64,000 nt of DNA. Source: an uncultured beta proteobacterium (GTDB taxonomy: Bacteria > Pseudomonadota > Gammaproteobacteria > Burkholderiales > SG8-41). Position 1 is the stretch's first letter; each line of letters starts with the position of its first letter. The position numbers and the translations under genes were made by a program. Under the pieces are notes generated by a model, which saw only the letters and a program-made list of their open reading frames with translations, was not told where the DNA came from and made no database searches. The DNA lies in assembly GCA_902825845.1 (NCBI GenBank), contig CADECM010000017.1:3077-67076 (forward strand), in the 5' to 3' direction. Shown piece by piece: positions 9,263 to 17,321 of this stretch.

Positions 9263-11479
9263 TCAGACGGCGGCCACGTCCAGATGTACGGGCGCCAGAC
9301 CGGCGTCGAAACGCCGCTGCATTTCGGTGTAGGCGACTTCAATGTGGCGCGTGCTCAGCGCGGTGTCGAACAACGGCGAGGTGGCGCGATTTGCCGCCAG
9401 TTTGTGCCGCAGTGCCGCCAGCGCGCCGGGGTCACGCGCGAGGGTCAGCGCCAGCGCCTGATAAGCGTCAAAGTCCCGTGTAACCAGCTCCTCAAGTCCC
9501 AGCGTTTGCAGCAGGCTTGCGGCCACGCGTCCCGCAAAGGTGTCGCCGAGGCAGGTCAGCACCGGCGCACCGCCCCACAAGGCGTCGCTGGTGGTGGTGT
9601 GGCCGTTAAACGGCAAGGTGTCGAGCGCCAGATCGGCCAGGGCGTAGCGGGCAAGGTGCTGTGCGTACGGCAGTGCGCCGGCGAATACCAGACGTTCCGG
9701 CGGCACGCCCCGCTTGGCGGCGGCGGCGCGCAGGTTGCGCATCCGCACCTCGTTGCCACCTGCCAGCCACAGCACGCTCCGTGGCGCGGCCGCGAGGAGT
9801 TTCATCCACACCGTGAACAGCGCGGCATTTATCTTGTGCGCGCCGTTGAAACAGCAAAACACAAAAGCGTCGTCGGGCAATCCGCAGACGGCTCTTGTCG
9901 GCGCGTTGGCAATGGAGCGCCGCGCGTCATTGACCTGAAAGCAATGCGGCAGCCACACCAGTTTTTCACTGTAGCCGCGCGTGGCGGTCTCCGGTACCAC
10001 AGTGCGGTCCGCAATAAGGTAGTCGATGAACGGCGCGCCCATGGTGCCGGGAAAGCCCAGGTAATTGACCTGGATCGGCGCCGCGCGGCGCGCGAAAATG
10101 CCAGTACGCGCGCCCTCTGTATGGCCCGCGAGGTCGACGGCGATATCCAGGCGCAGGCGTTGCGCAAGCGCGGCGACGTGCTGGTCGGACAAGTCCTGCA
10201 CGTCGTGAAAATACTCGAACGCCGACCTCACCCGCGCGTGCAGGGGGTCATCCCCGGCAACGCAGAACGAGAACGCGTGCGTCTCAAAGCGCTCGCGGTC
10301 GTGGCATTCGTAGAGGCCCGCCGTCAGAAACGACAACGGATGCGTGCGGAAATCCGGCGAGAAATAGCCCACTTTGATGCGGTTGCCGCGCGCGCGCCCG
10401 GCGGTGCGTACGACGGCAACACCTGCGGGATTGCGGTCCCGGGTGTAGATTTCCGCGCACTGCCGTTGCAGGTCTGGTGTCGCGGGAATGGCGAGCATTT
10501 CAAAGGGCGTCGCCACCCGTTGCCCGCGTTCGATTCCGGCATGCAGTGCAGCGAATGCGGTTTCGATGTCCGGCGTTGCGTCACCATCGTCGCCGGCGGA
10601 CCAGTGGCAGGTCAGCATGCGCGCGAACAGCGCGTTGCCCTGTACGTAGGGCAGTTGCGCATTCAGTGCGAGTGCTTTCGCGTAGTAGGCGAGCGCCCGC
10701 TCCGGGTATTTCAGTTCCACCAGCACGCCCGCGCCGCGCACCCAGGCTTCGGCAAACTGCGGATCGAGGGCAAGCGCCTTGTCCTGGCTCGCCAGCGCCG
10801 CCGGATAGCGTTTGAGCGCGGCAAGCGTGACGCCGTGGTTGGACCAGGCCTGCGCAGCGCGCGGATTCGCCGCGATGTCCCGTTCGTGGCTGGCCAGCGC
10901 CTCGTCGTAGCGCCCCAGGTCGTTGAGGGTGGCGCCGCGATTGCGCCAGGCCGGGCTGAATGCGGGATCGAGCGCCAGCGCCTTGTCGTAGCACTGCAGC
11001 GCCTCGTCAAAGCGACGCAGCGCGTCGAGCGCCACGCCCTTGTTGAACCACGGTTGAGCGAGGCCGGGCTGCAGGGCGATGGCCTGGTCGTAGGCGCGCA
11101 CGGCGGCTTCGGCTTTGCCGCAGCCGCTCAGTGCCACGCCCAGATCGTGCAGGCCTTCGAAAAAGTTGCCGTTGCGGCGCAACGCCTGCTGGCAGGCGGC
11201 CGCGGCGTCTTCGAACAATGCGCGTTCAAGAAAGTGCTTGCCCAGGTAGTAGAAGGCCTCGCCCGATGCTTCGGGCGCCGCGGTCGCGGTTTTCAGCAGC
11301 GCAAACGACTCATCCATGTCGCCGCGGTTTCCCGCGATGTAAGCCAGAAGTTCGTTGGCCTTGGCATTGGCCGGTGCGCGCGCGAGGGCTTCGCGCAGCA
11401 AGGGTTCGGCAACGCCGTGGTTGCCGTTGCGGAAATGTTTTTCGGCCAGCGCGAGCTGGCGCGGGAGAGTGGTGGCCAC
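9263..11479 (-). CDS. TPR-repeat protein fused to GT41 (O-GlcNAc transferase/SPINDLY-like) glycosyltransferase
   Basis: 738 aa. The N-terminal ~330 aa are tandem TPRs (AW.N.G......Y.EAL..Y..AL periodicity). The C-terminus has IKVGYFSPDFRTHP, VNYLGFPGTMGAPFIDYLIADR, FVFCCFNGAHKI and DTLPFNGHTTTSDALWGGAPVLT, hallmarks of Glyco_transf_41. Confidence 0.85.
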   Translation of the reverse strand: MATTLPRQLALAEKHFRNGNHGVAEPLLREALARAPANAKANELLAYIAGNRGDMDESFALLKTATAAPEASGEAFYYLGKHFLERALFEDAAAACQQALRRNGNFFEGLHDLGVALSGCGKAEAAVRAYDQAIALQPGLAQPWFNKGVALDALRRFDEALQCYDKALALDPAFSPAWRNRGATLNDLGRYDEALASHERDIAANPRAAQAWSNHGVTLAALKRYPAALASQDKALALDPQFAEAWVRGAGVLVELKYPERALAYYAKALALNAQLPYVQGNALFARMLTCHWSAGDDGDATPDIETAFAALHAGIERGQRVATPFEMLAIPATPDLQRQCAEIYTRDRNPAGVAVVRTAGRARGNRIKVGYFSPDFRTHPLSFLTAGLYECHDRERFETHAFSFCVAGDDPLHARVRSAFEYFHDVQDLSDQHVAALAQRLRLDIAVDLAGHTEGARTGIFARRAAPIQVNYLGFPGTMGAPFIDYLIADRTVVPETATRGYSEKLVWLPHCFQVNDARRSIANAPTRAVCGLPDDAFVFCCFNGAHKINAALFTVWMKLLAAAPRSVLWLAGGNEVRMRNLRAAAAKRGVPPERLVFAGALPYAQHLARYALADLALDTLPFNGHTTTSDALWGGAPVLTCLGDTFAGRVAASLLQTLGLEELVTRDFDAYQALALTLARDPGALAALRHKLAANRATSPLFDTALSTRHIEVAYTEMQRRFDAGLAPVHLDVAAV

Positions 11480-11523
11480 GACTGACTATACCGCCGCGCG
11501 CGCAGGGTTGGGCACGCGCCCAT

Positions 11524-11554
11524 AAAAAACGCCCGGACCGGGGGTCCGGGCGTT
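11524..11554 (-). terminator. rho-independent terminator after the Tim44-like gene
   Basis: The minus strand reads AACGCCCGGACCcccGGTCCGGGCGTT followed by TTTTTAT. Confidence 0.75.
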
Positions 11555-11571
11555 GCATGAAGCGTACGTTG

Positions 11572-12471
11572 TTACGAAGCTTGCTGTATGCCCGCCACGC
11601 GCCAGCCGCTGCTGCCGTCCACCGGCTTCTCGAGGTGCCAGATTTCATTGACGTTGGCCGGGGTGCCGTTTTCGCGGATCTCGCCGCCGAAGCGCACGCT
11701 GACCACATACAGGCTGCCCTCGGTAACCACGTCAACCACCTGCGCCCGGACATCGACCACCTCGGTCTTTTGGTGCGCGCCCCAGGCGGACTTCATTTCG
11801 CTTTCGAGTTCACGGAACAGTTCCGGCGTGAGGAAGTCGCGCAGCGTGGCGGCATCGCCGGCATCGTTGGCGGCTTGCACGCGCTCGAAGTTGAGCAATG
11901 CCTGACGCTCGAATTCGGCCGCGTCAAAATCCGCGGGCCAGCGGCTGGCCTCGGCCGTAGTCGCTGCGCCGCCCAGCGTGGCGGCGAGCGAACCCGGAGC
12001 GGCATTGCCGGAAAACGGCGCCGGTGCTGGAGTCGGTTCGACGCGCGGCGTGGCATTGCCGGCACCCGCATACTGCAACGGTGAGCGCGGCGATGTTTTA
12101 CCACGGGTGAGCAGGCGGTAGATGAGATAGGCCGCTCCTGCGAGCAGCGCGATCATCAGTACGCCGCTGATCAGGCTCGCCAGCGCGCCGCCCAGCCCCA
12201 AGTGCTGCAACAACGCGGCAATGCCAAAACCCGCAGCCAGTCCGGCCAACGGACCAAGCCAACGGCTCATGCCGGATTTCTGCGGCGTGGCGGGTGTCGG
12301 CGCGGCCTTTTGTGCGGGCGCTGCGCGTTGCGCAGGCGCCGCCTGATTGGGAGTGACATTGCTTTGGCGGCCTGCACTGCGTCCACCGCCGAAACGTGCG
12401 GCGTCGGCGAAGTCAACTGCAACCATCGTGAATCCGAACATCACTGCAATAATACTCAGCAACTTGGTCAT
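11572..12471 (-). CDS. Tim44-like domain protein
   Basis: ORF 11572..12537; likely start MTKLLSIIAV at 12471. It has a signal/TM segment, a Pro/Ala-rich linker, a second TM and a C-terminal Tim44-like domain (FDAAEFERQALLNFERVQAANDAGD...WHLEKP). This family is commonly found next to ubiE in betaproteobacteria. Confidence 0.75.
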   Translation of the reverse strand: MTKLLSIIAVMFGFTMVAVDFADAARFGGGRSAGRQSNVTPNQAAPAQRAAPAQKAAPTPATPQKSGMSRWLGPLAGLAAGFGIAALLQHLGLGGALASLISGVLMIALLAGAAYLIYRLLTRGKTSPRSPLQYAGAGNATPRVEPTPAPAPFSGNAAPGSLAATLGGAATTAEASRWPADFDAAEFERQALLNFERVQAANDAGDAATLRDFLTPELFRELESEMKSAWGAHQKTEVVDVRAQVVDVVTEGSLYVVSVRFGGEIRENGTPANVNEIWHLEKPVDGSSGWRVAGIQQAS

Positions 12472-12538
12472 GCGTGTCTCCATCCTGTAGGTGAGTGCGG
12501 CGCTATTATATAGAGTTTGAAAAGGGGTCAACGGCAAA

Positions 12539-12570
12539 TTAAAAAACTATTTAAAATCATATACTTACAT
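12539..12570 (+). repeat. AT-rich A-tract/IHF-core motif copy S2
   Basis: TTAAAAAACTATTTAAAATCATATACTTACAT, in the gap between ubiE and the Tim44-like gene. One mismatch from the IHF core. Confidence 0.6.
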
Positions 12571-12582
12571 AACTTTCGTGGG

Positions 12583-13320
12583 TTAAAGTTTGTAACCTCT
12601 GTGCAGTGCCACCACGCCGGCCGCAAGGTTGAAGAATTCGACCCGCTCAAGGCCGGCCTGTTCCATTAAGTGTTTTAATGATTCCTGATCAGGATGCATG
12701 CGGATCGACTCCGCCAGGTAGCGGTAGCTGGCCGCGTCGCGCGTAATGGCTTCACCCAGTTTCGGCAGCACATTGAACGAGTAGGCATCGTACGCCGGCT
12801 GCAGTGGCTTCCACACGCGGCTGAATTCGAGCACCAGCAGGCGTCCGCCCGGACGCAGCACGCGGAACATTTCGCCCAACGCGGCGTCCTTGTGCGTCAT
12901 GTTGCGCAGGCCGAAGGCGACACTTACACAATCGAAATAATCGGCTGCAAACGGCAGCTTTTCCGCATCGCACTGGACCGCGGGCATGAACGCGCCGTCG
13001 TCAAGCAGCCGGTCGCGGCCAATGCCGAGCATGGCGGCATTGATGTCGGTGAGAACCACGTTGCCCGCGGGACCCACTTTTTTGGCAAATGCGCGCGCAA
13101 GATCGGCGGTGCCGCCGGCCACGTCCAGCACGCGCTGGCCGGGGCGCAGCAGACTCTGCTCGACGGCGAACCGTTTCCACAGCCGGTGCAGTCCCGCCGA
13201 CATCAGGTCGTTCATCAGGTCGTAGCGCCGCGCCACCGAGGTGAACACGCCCTCGACCTTGCGCGCCTTGTCCGACTCGGGGACTTCCTGGTAGCCGAAG
13301 TGGGTGGTTTTGTCGGTCAT
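12583..13320 (-). CDS. ubiE: demethylmenaquinone/ubiquinone C-methyltransferase UbiE
   Basis: [13 protein letters not shown]..., SAM motif [12 protein letters not shown] and C-terminal [10 protein letters not shown]. The track ORF extends to 13416, but that N-terminus ([20 protein letters not shown]) is translation of the octamer repeat. Confidence 0.95.
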   Translation of the reverse strand: MTDKTTHFGYQEVPESDKARKVEGVFTSVARRYDLMNDLMSAGLHRLWKRFAVEQSLLRPGQRVLDVAGGTADLARAFAKKVGPAGNVVLTDINAAMLGIGRDRLLDDGAFMPAVQCDAEKLPFAADYFDCVSVAFGLRNMTHKDAALGEMFRVLRPGGRLLVLEFSRVWKPLQPAYDAYSFNVLPKLGEAITRDAASYRYLAESIRMHPDQESLKHLMEQAGLERVEFFNLAAGVVALHRGYKL

Positions 13321-13330
13321 GGCGTTAGGC

Positions 13331-13466
13331 GTGAACGGGTGAACGGGTGAACGGGTGAACGGGTGAAGGGGTGAAGGGGTGAAGGGGTGAAGGGGTGAAG
13401 GGGGTACCCCTTTCACGCCTTCACTCCTTCACGCTTTCACGCTCTCACGCCCTCACCCCTTCACTT
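13331..13466. repeat. octamer-array palindrome (9 direct + 7 inverted units around GGTACC)
   Basis: 4x GTGAACGG, 5x GTGAAGGG, centre GGTACCCC, then TTTCACGC CTTCACTC CTTCACGC TTTCACGC TCTCACGC CCTCACCC CTTCACTT. It lies in the gap between the DUF971 gene and ubiE. Confidence 0.9.
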
Positions 13467-13487
13467 TTCTGCGTCGTTACACACCCT

Positions 13488-13859
13488 TCACTCCCTCGAA
13501 GCACCCGCCTGTTCGAGGCGCTGCAGGTACTGCGCCCACAACGTGTCGCGGCGCATACCGTAATCGTAGAGAATTTCCCACGAATAGATTCCGGTGTTGT
13601 GGCCGTCCGAAAAGTTCAGCTGCACGGCGTAGTTGCCTACGGGCTCCACGGCCTTGATTTCGACGTTTTTCTTGCCGGTTTGCAGGGTTTCCTGCCCCGG
13701 ACCATGGCCGCGCACCTCGGCCGAGGGCGAGTACACGCGTAGAAACTCGCAAGGCAATTGAAAGGTCTTGCCGTCGTCGAAACTGATTTCGAGCAGGCGC
13801 GACACTTGATGCAGCTTGATTTCGGTGGGTAGCGGGGAGTTCTTGCTGGTTCCGGCCAT
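13488..13859 (-). CDS. DUF971 (gamma-butyrobetaine hydroxylase-like N-terminal) family protein
   Basis: Likely start MAGTSKNSPLPTEIKLH at 13859. LEISFDDGKTFQLPCEFLRVYSPSAEVRGHG...NYAVQLNFSDGHNTGIYSW matches the DUF971 pattern. Confidence 0.75.
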   Translation of the reverse strand: MAGTSKNSPLPTEIKLHQVSRLLEISFDDGKTFQLPCEFLRVYSPSAEVRGHGPGQETLQTGKKNVEIKAVEPVGNYAVQLNFSDGHNTGIYSWEILYDYGMRRDTLWAQYLQRLEQAGASRE

Positions 13860-13932
13860 GTGGGCGGCGCGTCCGTGTACTGGGGTGGAACGGGAGTCGC
13901 ATGATAACCGAAAGCGTTGCCGCCGCGCGCGG

Positions 13933-15528
13933 CTATTCGATGGCGCAGCGGTCGTAGTCGGCGCCGCGTTCAATCAGCCGAACGAGCTTGGCGGTGCGTT
14001 TATCGTTACCCTGCAATTCCAGCAGGCGTCCGCTTTGGAACCAGCCTGCGGGCAGGATCAGCGTGGCGGCTACGGCGGGCATCGCCACCGCCGGCGTCAT
14101 GAAGGCCGCTTCGTACTCCTGACCCTTGATGTCGTTGGGGGTCACGGGACGCACTTTGACCGGTTGAGGCGTACCGGGAAACAGCCGCACGCCGCACGTG
14201 GTTTCATTGTGGCTGTTGATGCGTATCCATTGCACAGTACCCAGGCGCGGGCTATCGGTGCGCCGCACGCCCAGCAACTGATTGTGGGTCATGCGCAGAA
14301 CGCCGCCGGGATCACGCAACATATACATGAAGCCTGACGCGCTTTGATCGAGGATTTGCCACGATTCCGATTTCTTGATCGCGGCCTGGCGCGCGGTGTT
14401 CGACAGGCGCATCGAAAACCCGAGATTGTCGAGTTCCCACTTGTCGCGCGCATTGAGTTCCTGCGTGTTCGCTGCCTTGTCTACCCACCCCAGAAGTTTG
14501 TGCACATCGGCAATGCCGAAACTCACGTCCACCGGATCGGGTGTGGCGCTGCGTTCTTCCTTGCGCAAGGTGCCGGCGCGGCACCATTGCAAGTACAGCA
14601 ACAGGATCAGGTGCTCGCAGCTCGGCTGGCGGGCCTCTTCGCCCAGTCCCAGCTGCGCGGGCGGCTGGCCCTGCTTGAGCTGCGCCATCGTATGCAGCAA
14701 CGTCTTCGACAACTGCTCCAGTTCAAGGTGGCGGGTGGACGCCGAGTGGGTGATGGCCGAGGCCAGAGCGGGCACGGCCTCTCCCGCAAAGTCCACCGCA
14801 AGCGCGGGAATTTGTCCTTTCGGCAACGGCTGGCTGGACAGATTGACCAGTGCCGCCCATTTCTCCAGCCAGCGCCACAGGAAAGTCATCTGCCGCGCCG
14901 ACAGTGCGTGGGGATTGGCAAGATGGACCAGTAAGCCCTGCACATAGGCGTCCGTGCAGGTGGCGTCGGGATCCCGTTTCGCGAATACATCCTGCACGCG
15001 CACGCGCGACAGCCCTTGCTCTTCTGCATACCTGAACAACTCATGAAATGTGCGCCATGCCGCCGCTTCCGGCTCGCGGTAGATCAGGAAATGCTCGAAC
15101 ATTTCGCATGCGGTGGCGCGCAGGCAGCGCAGCGTCAGCAACGCCGCATGCGGCGCCACGGCCGGGTCGACGTTGCGGCTGGCGTCGAGGCATTGCCGGT
15201 AGTTTTGTCCCAGTATCCACCAAAGATTGACGACATCCCGCCACGTGTCGGCATCGCCCTGATCGAGCGGCAGCGGCTTGCCGCCATAACGCTTGGCCAG
15301 TTCGGTTTGCGCGTAAATCACGCGTTCCCTCATGGCTTCCAGTATTTTCAGGCGCTCCAGCGGCGCAAGCTGGACGGCCGACAACGCCACCACTTGCTCC
15401 GACAACATGTGTTGCGACAATTGCGGATTGGTTACCGGCAGCGTGGCGAGCCAGCGTACGCAGCCGGCGCTGTCCCTGAACTGCAGCGCCGCCGCGGGCG
15501 TCGCCGGTGACTGTGTCGGGATACTCAT
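13933..15528 (-). CDS. conserved hypothetical protein with a possible degenerate PilZ-like C-terminus
   Basis: Start MSIPTQ at 15528 preceded by AGGAGAA. 531 aa. The C-terminal WQILDQSASGFMYML contains a DxSxxG-like element; no other motif was recognised. Confidence 0.55.
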   Translation of the reverse strand: MSIPTQSPATPAAALQFRDSAGCVRWLATLPVTNPQLSQHMLSEQVVALSAVQLAPLERLKILEAMRERVIYAQTELAKRYGGKPLPLDQGDADTWRDVVNLWWILGQNYRQCLDASRNVDPAVAPHAALLTLRCLRATACEMFEHFLIYREPEAAAWRTFHELFRYAEEQGLSRVRVQDVFAKRDPDATCTDAYVQGLLVHLANPHALSARQMTFLWRWLEKWAALVNLSSQPLPKGQIPALAVDFAGEAVPALASAITHSASTRHLELEQLSKTLLHTMAQLKQGQPPAQLGLGEEARQPSCEHLILLLYLQWCRAGTLRKEERSATPDPVDVSFGIADVHKLLGWVDKAANTQELNARDKWELDNLGFSMRLSNTARQAAIKKSESWQILDQSASGFMYMLRDPGGVLRMTHNQLLGVRRTDSPRLGTVQWIRINSHNETTCGVRLFPGTPQPVKVRPVTPNDIKGQEYEAAFMTPAVAMPAVAATLILPAGWFQSGRLLELQGNDKRTAKLVRLIERGADYDRCAIE

Positions 15529-15715
15529 GGACCTTCTCCTTGCCGATGACCGGAATACGTTACCGCTTGCTACCGCAGCCACAAGCCGGCGCGCCAGACG
15601 TTAATACAGCTGCGCGCGCGCCCGGTGTGACGCGCGTCACACTTCACACCGGGTATCCGTGGGTATACCGCCTTAGTGTACAAGTTATCGACGAATTTGG
15701 CTAAAAATCAGCGGT

Positions 15716-16132
15716 TTAGGGTCCCATCTGGTGCACCAGACCCTGCCGCAGCTGTTGCAGCAATGCGACGCCCCGCGCCCGCGGCGCAGCAGATGCCTGC
15801 TGGCGCGTTCCCCAGATCGCCTGCGGGAAATGCGCGTCGTCGCGAAAGCGTGCAATCACGTGCCAGTGCAGATGCGGCACAAAATTGCCGAGACTCGCGA
15901 GATTGATTTTATCGGGCTTGAGCAGTGTCCTGAGCAGCGACTCGGCCGCGTATACCGCGCGCATGCAGTGGGCCCGGTCGGCATCGCCGAGGTCCGTCAT
16001 TTCCGCCACGTGTGCATTCCAGATCACCCGGCAATAACCAATGTAGTCGAGCTCGTCGACATAAACCACGCGCAGGTGATCATCCTGCCACAGCACGGTG
16101 TCAGTGCTTGCTTCGCACAAAACGCATTTCAT
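15716..16132 (-). CDS. HIT family hydrolase
   Basis: 138 aa with the histidine triad HLHWHVIARF. Confidence 0.85.
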   Translation of the reverse strand: MKCVLCEASTDTVLWQDDHLRVVYVDELDYIGYCRVIWNAHVAEMTDLGDADRAHCMRAVYAAESLLRTLLKPDKINLASLGNFVPHLHWHVIARFRDDAHFPQAIWGTRQQASAAPRARGVALLQQLRQGLVHQMGP

Positions 16133-16136
16133 GAAT

Positions 16137-16165
16137 ATTCAATAAAATCAATAAGTTATATAATT
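16137..16165 (+). repeat. AT-rich A-tract/IHF-core motif copy S3
   Basis: ATTCAATAAAATCAATAAGTTATATAATT. AATCAATAAGTTA is an exact WATCAANNNNTTR match. It lies in the gap between the HIT and YqaA-like genes. Confidence 0.65.
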
Positions 16166-16169
16166 ATGA

Positions 16170-16565
16170 TTATACGGCGAAGTCGGCCACCACCCAGTAG
16201 CGCGCAAACTTGCCAAGCGCAATCGACAGTGCCGACCACCAGGGATTCAGGCGCAGCCAGCCGGCGGCGACGCACAGCGGATCTCCCACGATGGGCACCC
16301 ACGCCAACAGCAGCACGGGTGCGCCATAGCGTTGTACTGCAGCCAGACCCTTCAGGGCCTGCCGTTGCGGGATGAGGCGCCCGATGAGGTATGACGACAT
16401 TCCGCCGAGGGTATTGCCCAGTGTTGCCACCGCCAGCGCCGCCCCAAGCTGTCCCGGGTGCAGCTTCAGCACGCCGAACAACACCGCCTCCGATCCCCCC
16501 GGCAGCAGCGTCGCGGCCAGAAAGCTGCTGGCAAAAAGCGCCCACAGACCGGCAGATTCGCTCAT
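16170..16565 (-). CDS. YqaA/DedA-related small membrane protein
   Basis: Likely start MSESAGLWALF at 16565. FLAATLLPGGSEAVL...VPIVGDPLCVAAGWLR is typical of the YqaA family. Confidence 0.65.
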   Translation of the reverse strand: MSESAGLWALFASSFLAATLLPGGSEAVLFGVLKLHPGQLGAALAVATLGNTLGGMSSYLIGRLIPQRQALKGLAAVQRYGAPVLLLAWVPIVGDPLCVAAGWLRLNPWWSALSIALGKFARYWVVADFAV

Positions 16566-16591
16566 GACGCCACACCGCGCACCAGCGCGAA

Positions 16592-17311
16592 TCAGCCCGG
16601 CGCAAGCAGCGACACCGACTCGTGCATCGCGACTTTGCTGTCCGGCCCCTTGAAATGGGCGATGCATACACCTTCGGGCGCCGCGCGCGCTTCCTCGAAC
16701 TCCCAGCGCGAGCGTACCGAGCGGTTATAGATATCAATGTCGAAATGGCGCACCGTGAAGCGTCCCGGCGCTTCCAGTTCGCTTTTCAGCGTCACCTGGT
16801 CGCCGTACCAGCGGTGAAAACGCTTGGGCAGCCGGCGCAGCGCGTTTAACTGCCGCAAAAACACGATCGTCGAACGCACATAGACGAAGGAAAAGATATA
16901 CGGCATCACCTGCGCCGAGTCCTTCTCCGTGAACTCCGGAAATTCCGCCCAGTCGCGTTCGGGAATGCGGTAGGTATCGCGCTCGCCGCGCCGGGTCACG
17001 CCGACCTCGTTCTCGGCCAGCGGCGGCAGATCGAACGCGCGCAACAACAGCATGTCCGCATCCAGAAACAGCGTCGGTTCGCTCACGCTCAGCGCGGCGT
17101 ACGCTTCCAGCCGCGCCACCATGATGTGGCGCGACAGCTTCAGCTTCTTGTGGGTGGTGACGCCGTCGACCATCGGCGTGTCGCGGTCCGACAGTTGATG
17201 CACGTTGAAATCCGCGCCATGGGCCGCGCGGATCGAGCGCACCAGCATCGACGGAATGGTGGTGTCCTGGCCGATCCAGAAAAAGGCGATGTGCTTGAGG
17301 TTTTGATTCAT
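16592..17311 (-). CDS. putative DXD-type nucleotide-sugar glycosyltransferase
   Basis: 239 aa with IAFFWIGQD...LFLDADMLLL (DXD). Fold assignment is by resemblance only. Confidence 0.4.
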   Translation of the reverse strand: MNQNLKHIAFFWIGQDTTIPSMLVRSIRAAHGADFNVHQLSDRDTPMVDGVTTHKKLKLSRHIMVARLEAYAALSVSEPTLFLDADMLLLRAFDLPPLAENEVGVTRRGERDTYRIPERDWAEFPEFTEKDSAQVMPYIFSFVYVRSTIVFLRQLNALRRLPKRFHRWYGDQVTLKSELEAPGRFTVRHFDIDIYNRSVRSRWEFEEARAAPEGVCIAHFKGPDSKVAMHESVSLLAPG

Positions 17312-17321
17312 GAGCCCGGGG

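Noticed and set aside
9284-11485. 733-aa + strand ORF opposite the TPR-GT41 gene; similar long antisense ORFs at 20821-21822, 34957-35877, 38738-39583, 40407-41372 and 60537-61589
   Set aside because: They have no recognisable motifs, extreme Arg/Gly/Ala/His composition and complete overlap with well-supported genes on the other strand.
13331-13466. Possible CRISPR array
   Set aside because: The units are 8 nt, directly abutting with no spacers, arranged as a palindrome, and no cas genes are present.
13395-13742. ORFs starting MKGVP... (13395-13742 +, 1494-1988 +) and the N-terminal extension of ubiE (to 13416)
   Set aside because: Their N-termini are translations of the octamer repeat arrays ([22 protein letters not shown]). 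UbiE and its neighbours have proper starts outside the repeats.
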